Shown here: one piece after another, positions 23,146-30,953 of the stretch
Layout: every line of letters begins with the position of its first letter
Position numbering within the stretch: position 1 is the stretch's first letter
Source: Tortispora ganteri
Taxonomy: Eukaryota
Length of the DNA stretch: 64,000 bases
Direction of reading: 5' to 3'
Assembly: GCA_003707115.1 (NCBI GenBank)
Contig: PPNB01000011.1
Coordinates: 62,001 to 126,000, forward strand
Made by a program: the position numbers and the translations under genes
The notes under the pieces: generated by a model
Seen by the model: the letters and a program-made list of their open reading frames with translations, nothing else
Told to the model about the DNA's origin: nothing
Database searches by the model: none

Positions 23146-24804
23146 TCATTTTTTTATCTTCTCGCTATCTAGAATAGCCTTCAATGCTTTGCCAATGGCT
23201 GGCAAGTCAGTCATTAATTGAACATGACCGTGCTCTGTATGTACTGTCTCCAACACGTTGAATCCGGGAGGAGGCATGAGTTTGCGCGCATGTACAACTC
23301 CGTCGCCTGGTCCGTAGAGCAAATGAGAATAAGAGTCTGTTTTGATACCTTCGTATCCGTCCACAATGCAGCCACGGACTGTAGGTGTTGTCTCGCTGTA
23401 TACGACCGCTAATGGAGGATACTTATCGGCAAGTTCAGGCTTAAATGCCCAGCTTTCCTTAAACTTCTTGGTACGCTTCAATGTTCTTTCGAGGTATTCA
23501 TATGCTTCTTCTGGAGTCACTTTAGGTTCCTCATTTATAGTTGATTTCTTAGGTTTCGTCGAGGAACCGTCAGGTGTTGTTTGAGTAGTATGCGTGTTGA
23601 GCAGGCCTATAGTGGGGAATTTGGCGTCATCCGGAAGCAGCCTTTTCATGAGAGTCAGAGGATACTTTTTAAGATCCGGGAATGAAACTTGCCTTTTATT
23701 AAGCGCTTCTTTAACGATTTTCTTCTCGGCGTCGCTTAGCACTGCAGGACTTAGGCCGTACTTCTGCCAGTTCTTCGGGTCAAAGAAGTCTAAAGGCAAC
23801 GGTTCACCAGTTTCGCGGTCGATGAAGCAGCGGCCGTCGAGGGGCAGAAAAGAGAAGCTAGATCTCATTGAGAAATTAGCAAGAGCAGACAAAATAGTCT
23901 TGTTCATGACAACCGAGTCGTCAGCTTTGAGTGGACCGAGAGCGTTTACGCAGTCATGAGGCGCACCGATGTACACGAGACCACGAAACAATGTCGGATC
24001 TATTTGCATTGCGCCGTGAGCGACTATGCCGCCCATTGAATGGGCTAGCACTATTGTGCCTTTCTTTCGGCCGTGTTCATCAGGTTCCTCTTCGTCATAG
24101 AGCTTTTTGAGATAGTCGTGAAGTCGCTGTGCCGAGAGGTCCACGGAAAGCCGCCAGTCGTAGCCGTAATTGTGCACCTTTGCGTTCTTACCGGCACCAA
24201 GCTGTTTTATAAGTCTTTTAGAAATATCGACAGGGCCAAAATGTGAGAGCATTTTAGTAGCAACGACGGTTTCCTCGGAACGCAATTCATCCTCATCAGA
24301 AAGACCAAGAAACAGCGAATAGTTAACGAGATTTAGAGTAGCCTTCATCGGCACCCAGAGGCGTTTGTTGCTGTTTGCAGCTTTAAGCACTGATCCACGG
24401 TAGCCGCCGAGGATGAGGACGTTGCCGTCGAGTTCCGGAAATTCTGAGGGGGAAGAGAAGAAATGAGGAACTACAGTTGATTTGATAGCCTCTAGATGGG
24501 GCTGTGGAGGTTTTGCAGTCCTGAACTTACGCTCATATTCTGCAGCTATATCAGAAGAGTAGACACGACTGAGGTCTAGATCAAGATCGTTTGGTTTCTT
24601 CTCGAAAGTGAGAAACTTACTTAGTTTGAAAGGTCCAGAGAAAGGTAGAGAGAAAGTAAAGATTGATTGGTTGCTGTTTTCGACGTCATCTGATGCCAAT
24701 GCTTTATATTCTTCATTAAAATTATTTAATCCAATTACTTCTTCTGCTTCTTCAAAGCTAACAAGGTCCTCTTCAGGCGTTTCTGATGGCGAATCGTCGA
24801 CCAT
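23146..24804 (-). CDS. Alpha/beta-hydrolase, LCAT/PGAP1-like, YJR098C-like; alternative start at 24888
   Basis: ILGGYRGS, YGYDWRLS, nucleophile elbow LAHSMGG, GDGVV (Asp) and HGHVQLM (His). Confidence 0.75.
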   Translation of the reverse strand: MVDDSPSETPEEDLVSFEEAEEVIGLNNFNEEYKALASDDVENSNQSIFTFSLPFSGPFKLSKFLTFEKKPNDLDLDLSRVYSSDIAAEYERKFRTAKPPQPHLEAIKSTVVPHFFSSPSEFPELDGNVLILGGYRGSVLKAANSNKRLWVPMKATLNLVNYSLFLGLSDEDELRSEETVVATKMLSHFGPVDISKRLIKQLGAGKNAKVHNYGYDWRLSVDLSAQRLHDYLKKLYDEEEPDEHGRKKGTIVLAHSMGGIVAHGAMQIDPTLFRGLVYIGAPHDCVNALGPLKADDSVVMNKTILSALANFSMRSSFSFLPLDGRCFIDRETGEPLPLDFFDPKNWQKYGLSPAVLSDAEKKIVKEALNKRQVSFPDLKKYPLTLMKRLLPDDAKFPTIGLLNTHTTQTTPDGSSTKPKKSTINEEPKVTPEEAYEYLERTLKRTKKFKESWAFKPELADKYPPLAVVYSETTPTVRGCIVDGYEGIKTDSYSHLLYGPGDGVVHARKLMPPPGFNVLETVHTEHGHVQLMTDLPAIGKALKAILDSEKIKK

Positions 24805-24884
24805 TGTTTTCCGCTCTGTGGTGTTATATCTAAGATAAGGTTTTGGGAGACTATATAAATCAGTATTATGCAAATAGGTGGTGT

Positions 24885-26705
24885 TCATTGATTCGTCAAA
24901 TAGGCGCTATAATCATAGCCGCCGGCTCTGTGTGGCATCAGATTATGGATTTCGTGAATGCAATTTTGGTCTATATTTGCGCAATTTAAATCTTCATCGG
25001 TTACGACGTCTTTACCGAATGAGATTGCCGTGAAAGCCGCTAACACTTGAGCGATTGGATCTTCCTCATCAGCTGTGAGCGCCATGAACTCCACAAATTC
25101 GCTTTTAGTGACTCTTCCCGTGTTATTTGATACCGTTTTAACAACGTAGTCAAGATTGTCGAACACTCCTACGCCGAGACTCGAAACTGCCGCTTGGAAT
25201 TCAGTGGCAGTCAAATAGTTTTTTCGTTCATGATCAAAGTACATAAACGCGCTCTCGTATTGTTCTACCAGCTCTGGACTTGCATGCATGTGCCGGTCTT
25301 CTAGCTGTGCACCCAGAATACTCAGTTTTTGTGACAAGTTATGCCTCACAAGCGCGTACTCTGCCTCCAGATCCGCGCTCTCTTTACTCGAATACACATC
25401 CACGTGCGCATTCTTGATTAGATTCTCTAACTCCTTGATCTCTTCTATCTTCTTTGGTGCCACTCGCAGCTCATCACTAGCCTGCGAGATTACCTCCAGT
25501 TGATGGTCCACATCTCCCTGTAGAGTGCAGATTTCCGCGGTGATCGTCGTATACAAGTGCAGCACCTCGTTCGAGAGCGCCACATACTTCGCAGCGATCT
25601 CTGACTTAGCGGCTGCTAGTTTTCCCATCAGTATTCTCCCGTATGCACTTTCTTCAGATTCCAGTCGCGTCCACTGTCGCTCTAATGCATCAGACCTTAG
25701 ATGTTCAGGACACTTAAGACGCTTGAGGTGGTACACGCCGTATTCGTTCTCCATTTTCATGTAGATATCAAACAATTCAAACTTTTCACGAACCCAAGAG
25801 GCTTTATCTCCATGCTTAAATGTGTCCAGCTCGTCGAGTAGCTCGCGGATCGGCCCGTACTCGTCAGGCAATCTAGATGTCGCAGTGAATACTTTCCGCT
25901 GCGCCTTGATGAGATCATATAGACGCTGAGCGCGCACTTTGTAGCTATCCATATGTCGTCTCACCCTGGCCATTTTGCGAACAAACTTCTCGACCAGATC
26001 TGCAGTCTTGCCGAGTTTCTCTGTTCGGCTGAACACGTGAAACCAAGAGGCGAGGTACGCAACCATTGACCTCTCGTCTGCCGCAGTGTCGCACACGTCA
26101 TCGACATCCAACAACGGAGCGATACCCATAGACTGTTGCATTATTTTGTAGGCACGTGCAATGTTACCTCGGTGGTCGCTGTGGTCGATCGTAGAGTAAT
26201 CCAGCAGATCCGGCCGGTACGCATCGATGAGTGCGCAAAATGCCAAACCGTCGGCGAACGACGTCACGAAATCATGTACATCTACACCGTCATAGTCCGC
26301 AGTTACCCGCTGACACCATAACAAAAGTCCGTCTTTAGCGGAAACGCCTTCCTCCGATATCTCCGCAATAGAAAAGTTCAGCACTAGGGTCCAAATCATA
26401 CCTAAGATCAGCTTCTTGTTACCGTCCACAATATCCTCGGCCCCTATATTAGCCAATTGTACCCCACGACGCCGAATATACTCTAATGCCATATTAACAT
26501 TCTCAAACATCTGTACCCGCAATTTCGGCTTTGTCGCATACTTGCCTAGTGAAACATCATCTATACTCTCGAGGAGTTGTATAAGCTTCACACCGTCCCG
26601 GAGTCCATTAATTAAATCGTTTATCGGCTCGTACCGCGGCTCTAATTTCGAGTTCACCCACCGCACAAATGCCTTCTCTTGAATTTCTACCCAATCTAAT
26701 CTCAT
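24885..26705 (-). CDS. Fungal alpha-actinin (two CH domains, short spectrin rod, EF-hand region), Ain1-like
   Basis: IQEKAFVRWVN, LRDGVKLIQLLE, IGAEDIVDGNKKLILGMIWTL, SAKDGLLLWCQ, DGLAFCALI, DERSMVAY and terminal YDYSAY. Confidence 0.92.
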   Translation of the reverse strand: MRLDWVEIQEKAFVRWVNSKLEPRYEPINDLINGLRDGVKLIQLLESIDDVSLGKYATKPKLRVQMFENVNMALEYIRRRGVQLANIGAEDIVDGNKKLILGMIWTLVLNFSIAEISEEGVSAKDGLLLWCQRVTADYDGVDVHDFVTSFADGLAFCALIDAYRPDLLDYSTIDHSDHRGNIARAYKIMQQSMGIAPLLDVDDVCDTAADERSMVAYLASWFHVFSRTEKLGKTADLVEKFVRKMARVRRHMDSYKVRAQRLYDLIKAQRKVFTATSRLPDEYGPIRELLDELDTFKHGDKASWVREKFELFDIYMKMENEYGVYHLKRLKCPEHLRSDALERQWTRLESEESAYGRILMGKLAAAKSEIAAKYVALSNEVLHLYTTITAEICTLQGDVDHQLEVISQASDELRVAPKKIEEIKELENLIKNAHVDVYSSKESADLEAEYALVRHNLSQKLSILGAQLEDRHMHASPELVEQYESAFMYFDHERKNYLTATEFQAAVSSLGVGVFDNLDYVVKTVSNNTGRVTKSEFVEFMALTADEEDPIAQVLAAFTAISFGKDVVTDEDLNCANIDQNCIHEIHNLMPHRAGGYDYSAYLTNQ

Positions 26706-26746
26706 CACCTGTAAATTTACTCGTTCTTATAAGCTGCCTACACCTC

Positions 26747-26772
26747 CGTCGTTCGTCGTACGTCGTTCGTCG
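26747..26772. repeat. Direct repeat CGTCGTTCGTCG x2 with a TA spacer
   Basis: 26747-26758 and 26761-26772 are identical. Confidence 0.85.
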
Positions 26773-26935
26773 GCAGCTCCGCTAACTCGTCCCTGGTTCC
26801 TTACAAAAAGTGTATTTATTCCCAATTAGTCTCGTTGCTAGGCAGACTGGATCTCCACCAGACCAGTAGCACAACGCCTAAAACTGGATCCCTACTGATT
26901 GTTACCTTTTCTACATTCAAAATTTACCCATACAA

Positions 26936-28042
26936 ATGCGGCGATTCGGTACTTTCCGCAAACTCAGGTCGGCAATGTTTGCCGATCTGTTTAAACGTGT
27001 GCAGAAAAGACCTCAGAAATCAGCTCTGTCTCCCGCTAGTGCACCTCATGCTGCAGTTCCCCGCGCCACCTCGAATGATGAAGTCAAGTCCCATTTCGCA
27101 AGTGTCTTCAACTCGCTCGAATTCTCTGCCCACTCCCGCGTTTACTTGCGATCTATTGCAGTCGAGAACCCGCGCCGCGCTATAGCGCTTTGCCAATCAG
27201 AGACTTCCCTAGAACAAGTTCTCGACGCCCTTCTTTACTCAGACGACCCTGCTAAACATCTCTCTCCTAATACCCTCCTCGCCATAATACGTAACCGCCG
27301 AATACGTTCGATCCACTCGCTCGGCAGCACGATTCTTGGACCTAAAGTCACAAAGCTTGTCAAACACTGGTCACCAGCAGACAGATCTACTGTGCTTGTA
27401 GCGCTCGCTTCCCAATACCACACACTCGACCATGATATTCAGATGACTAGCAAGATTCTCGGCGGAGAAAATTTCGCCGCCGTTTGGACACCCTACGTCA
27501 AAAGTGGAAAACTCACATCGGAAACAGCTACAAAACTTTGGTCCCTGCTACTGCGGCTGGGCTGGCACGATAAAATCTTCCAACTCCTCGATACTATAGG
27601 CTCTCCAGAATCTATTTCTCAAGAACTGGAAGAACAATTGCGTTACATGTGGAATGCAGTGTTTTTATATCCTCTGTCAAAGGATGATCAGTATGCCCTA
27701 CTCTCAAAAATCTCGCATGTGCGCCAACACAACCTGACAATCATCGATCAGGTCTTGCGACATAAAAATATACCGCTACAGGACTACTTGCCGGACAAGT
27801 TCTTGATGCTTCTATCTGTTGTGAATATATATCGCGGATCAGAACCGCTCTTTGCAAATGACTACGAGGTTTTAGGTGCATGTGTCAAGTTACTGGCTGA
27901 GCTGCAAAATGACAGCGCTCAATACGATATAGTGTACCCTAAAATCAAGGCTATTTTGGATCGACAAAACACTTCAACAGATTTTAGTGACTCATTTTCA
28001 CAACTGCGTCTGCCAAATTATTCCGGTGCTGTTTCCACATAA
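26936..28042 (+). CDS. Uncharacterised protein, probably mitochondrial and helical
   Basis: 368-aa ORF with an Arg-rich, nearly acid-free N-terminus (MRRFGTFRKLRSAM); no family recognised. Confidence 0.65.
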   Translation: MRRFGTFRKLRSAMFADLFKRVQKRPQKSALSPASAPHAAVPRATSNDEVKSHFASVFNSLEFSAHSRVYLRSIAVENPRRAIALCQSETSLEQVLDALLYSDDPAKHLSPNTLLAIIRNRRIRSIHSLGSTILGPKVTKLVKHWSPADRSTVLVALASQYHTLDHDIQMTSKILGGENFAAVWTPYVKSGKLTSETATKLWSLLLRLGWHDKIFQLLDTIGSPESISQELEEQLRYMWNAVFLYPLSKDDQYALLSKISHVRQHNLTIIDQVLRHKNIPLQDYLPDKFLMLLSVVNIYRGSEPLFANDYEVLGACVKLLAELQNDSAQYDIVYPKIKAILDRQNTSTDFSDSFSQLRLPNYSGAVST

Positions 28043-28117
28043 ACCAAAACTCATGACAAATAATAATAATAACATCATATTTCTTTATAGGCTTTTTGCA
28101 TTTTTATTCTGGACGTA

Positions 28118-29878
28118 TCAAGGCACAGGTAATTGGTGAACCACACCATCAGCTTGCATTCTAGTCTCTCCTATTTTGTATGACAACTTCCATTTCAGCT
28201 TAATTGGCAGTTTTCCTGTGATTTGAATTCGCTGTCTGATGCCGTCTTTCTGTTCCGGCTTAAGCTCAGACGCTGTCGGTTGACTCATTTGCAACGAATG
28301 GCTTTTAGCTGCGGCCATCTCCAGTAGGATTTCGGTAATAGGGGTTGACATTTTGCTTGAAAACACTGCCTCAACTGATATAACTTCTCCATTTCGGGAA
28401 GTGTTCAGTACAACGTTCATAACTGAATCCAGAAGAGTGTAACTTTCTGTTTTAGGACCAGATCCAATGTGGAGAGATTCTAGATCTCCTACCAATAAGT
28501 CAGGAGTTGCCTGCTGAAACGAAGTCTTTATCGGGCTAGGACTGGAAGCTGCCGAAGAGCTGAAATCAGAAAGTGCCTCAAGCGCAGCATATTTGTTGGC
28601 AGAACCTGTAGATGAAGCGCTTTGAGGAACTGGAGCTGTATTATCCAAAATTCCCAATAAATCGTTCACTGCAGAGCCCGAAGACTTAGACGTTTGCTGT
28701 GAAGGAGATGCAGGTGCAGGTGCAGAAGCTTCGTCGTCAAAGTCGATTAAGCTGAGTCCTTGCGAACTGGATTTGATGTCGCCAGATCCGAGAGTGGAAC
28801 CAGAACTTCCTAATATAATGTTTTTCGCAGCATCGATGTCGCCTTTCCTGAGCAACGAGTATTTTTGGACCAGATTATTGATGTAGTCATTGAGAGTAAG
28901 TAGTTTTTGAACGGCTGGCTCGTCGTCACTTTCATCTTTGATGATCTTTTGCAGTTTTATGGATGCGGAACGCAGCGAAGAATACATCTCGTCAGCAACT
29001 TCTTCAGAGCCACTAGAGCCCTGTTGCTCAATCCTGTTGACCATTTCTTCAAAAACGGTAGCTTTGTGACGTACCCTCTCAAGATCCTCGGCCACTTTTG
29101 CTCGGTAGTCAGTTTTGTCGCCGGTTTCGTAGCCAGCCATAATCTTCATTATCCTGTTTGCTTCCTGCAGATCCTTTGCCGATCCACTATGAATAAGTTC
29201 CTGGAGTTTGGCACTTAGTACAGCGCGCTCTTCAGCCTCGAGTTCCTCTGCCGATTTCAAGTTGTCGTCAGCAGGAGACAGAACATTAGTGTCGGCACGG
29301 GATACCTCCGGGAAAGTATACCCGCTCTCGCGCAAGAGTCTATACATGTCTCTGATATGGCCCAAATCGGCACTATATTTGCTGTTTCTGCAAATCGTGA
29401 TCCGCCATTCCTCAATTGCCTCAAGTATGAGGTATTGTGTCTTTGTAAGACGACGTGGCGGCCTTTCGGGGAACTTCTTTACCAGCTCGTTCAGGAATCC
29501 CTTGCGAGAAATTTGCAAGTGGAACGGGTACCCGCAATTTTTAACGAGTGAGTCGAGCAGTGCGAGCGCTAATATGGCAGATGCGCTGTTGCGGCCGTTT
29601 ATTAGTTTCACAATGGACTCAGCGGCCTGTCGGGGTAAGCTGCCACCCTTAGCGTTTATGAGGTCGACTATTTCCATATTAACGGCAAGATCCGGTTCGA
29701 GGTTGTTCGCGCTGCACGCCCTGTCAATGAGACGTTCTAATCGCTCAGATACTGTGCTGCTAGAGGTAGTTGATATCCTGCCGAGCCTGGGGACGGCCGA
29801 ATTAACCGTGTTGAAACGGTTCAGGTAGTCAGAACCCGGCGCATCGTGGTGGTCCTCAGGAGAATCTTGATAAGACAT
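28118..29878 (-). CDS. GGA2: GGA clathrin adaptor (VHS-GAT-GAE)
   Basis: LVKNCGYPFHLQISRKGFLNELVKKFPERPP, GAT region LQELIHSG...LQEANRIMKIMAG, hinge LIDFDD and GAE end LKWKLSY. GGA1 versus GGA2 cannot be distinguished. Confidence 0.9.
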   Translation of the reverse strand: MSYQDSPEDHHDAPGSDYLNRFNTVNSAVPRLGRISTTSSSTVSERLERLIDRACSANNLEPDLAVNMEIVDLINAKGGSLPRQAAESIVKLINGRNSASAILALALLDSLVKNCGYPFHLQISRKGFLNELVKKFPERPPRRLTKTQYLILEAIEEWRITICRNSKYSADLGHIRDMYRLLRESGYTFPEVSRADTNVLSPADDNLKSAEELEAEERAVLSAKLQELIHSGSAKDLQEANRIMKIMAGYETGDKTDYRAKVAEDLERVRHKATVFEEMVNRIEQQGSSGSEEVADEMYSSLRSASIKLQKIIKDESDDEPAVQKLLTLNDYINNLVQKYSLLRKGDIDAAKNIILGSSGSTLGSGDIKSSSQGLSLIDFDDEASAPAPASPSQQTSKSSGSAVNDLLGILDNTAPVPQSASSTGSANKYAALEALSDFSSSAASSPSPIKTSFQQATPDLLVGDLESLHIGSGPKTESYTLLDSVMNVVLNTSRNGEVISVEAVFSSKMSTPITEILLEMAAAKSHSLQMSQPTASELKPEQKDGIRQRIQITGKLPIKLKWKLSYKIGETRMQADGVVHQLPVP

Positions 29879-30137
29879 GTCTAATAACTAACGCCGGCCA
29901 GTATTCACAGCCTTCTGCAGTGTTACCGGTGCAAAACCTATTTTGTTTGGTAAAGATTAGAATGCTGTTCCCGGGTGGAGGGGTTCAGCCACTCTAGGGT
30001 CTCCCACGTTGGAAACCTTATATAGTTTATCAGATGCCACACTGTGATTGGCTATGTACGACGATAGAACTCTTCTTTTTTTTTGACGCACATTTGTAAG
30101 AGCTAAATCTTCGATCTTACACATTCATTTAGATAAA

Positions 30138-30953
30138 ATGGGAAAACGCGATCAGAAGAAATTTCATAAAGCAAAGGGACCGCGCAGTCAGGAGACCAAT
30201 AAGTTCCCTACGCAGATGGCGATGTGGGATTTCGATCATTGCGATCCGAAACGGTGTTCAGGCAAGAAGCTCGCACGGCTCGGGCTGATCCGCTCTTTGC
30301 GTGTAGGCCAGAAATTCAGCGGTATAGTGGTCTCGCCGAACGGCTCTGATGTGGTTTGCCCCGACGATAGATCAATAGTAGAGCAGTACGGTGCCGCTGT
30401 TGTTGAGTGTAGCTGGGCACTGCTCGACCAAGTACCTTTCTCGCGCATAGGTGGGAAACACGAGCGTCTACTGCCGTACCTCATCGCAGCAAATACCGTC
30501 AATTATGGCAAGCCTTGGAGACTCAACTGTGCGGAAGCATTGGCGGCCTGTTTCGCTATCACAGGTCATCGGGATTGGGCAGAAGAATTGTTAGACCACT
30601 TCTCTTGGGGACCGGCTTTCCTGTCGATCAACGAGGAGCTTCTTGATGTATACGCTTCGTGTACCGATTCGGTTTCTGTAAAGGAAGCTGAAACCCAGTG
30701 GCTAGAAAAATTAGAAAAGGAAGTGGCTCAAAAACAGCAGATCAAAGAGGACGTCGATATTTGGGAATTAGGTAACATGAACCATGCTTTGCCAAAGATT
30801 AGCAGTCCAAGCGATAGTGACTCGGACAATCGAAATGACAACGATAGTAATGACAGTGCCGATAATGATAACCATAGCCAGAGCGATTTCGATAACCAAA
30901 GAGAGAGTTATGCTGATAGCGATTCAAATAGCGAGAAGTCGTATTCTTCATAA
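30138..30953 (+). CDS. TSR3: 18S rRNA aminocarboxypropyltransferase
   Basis: MWDFDHCDPKRCSGKKL, VVECSW, ERLLPYLIAANTVNYGKPWRLNCAEALAA and an acidic tail. Confidence 0.96.
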   Translation: MGKRDQKKFHKAKGPRSQETNKFPTQMAMWDFDHCDPKRCSGKKLARLGLIRSLRVGQKFSGIVVSPNGSDVVCPDDRSIVEQYGAAVVECSWALLDQVPFSRIGGKHERLLPYLIAANTVNYGKPWRLNCAEALAACFAITGHRDWAEELLDHFSWGPAFLSINEELLDVYASCTDSVSVKEAETQWLEKLEKEVAQKQQIKEDVDIWELGNMNHALPKISSPSDSDSDNRNDNDSNDSADNDNHSQSDFDNQRESYADSDSNSEKSYSS

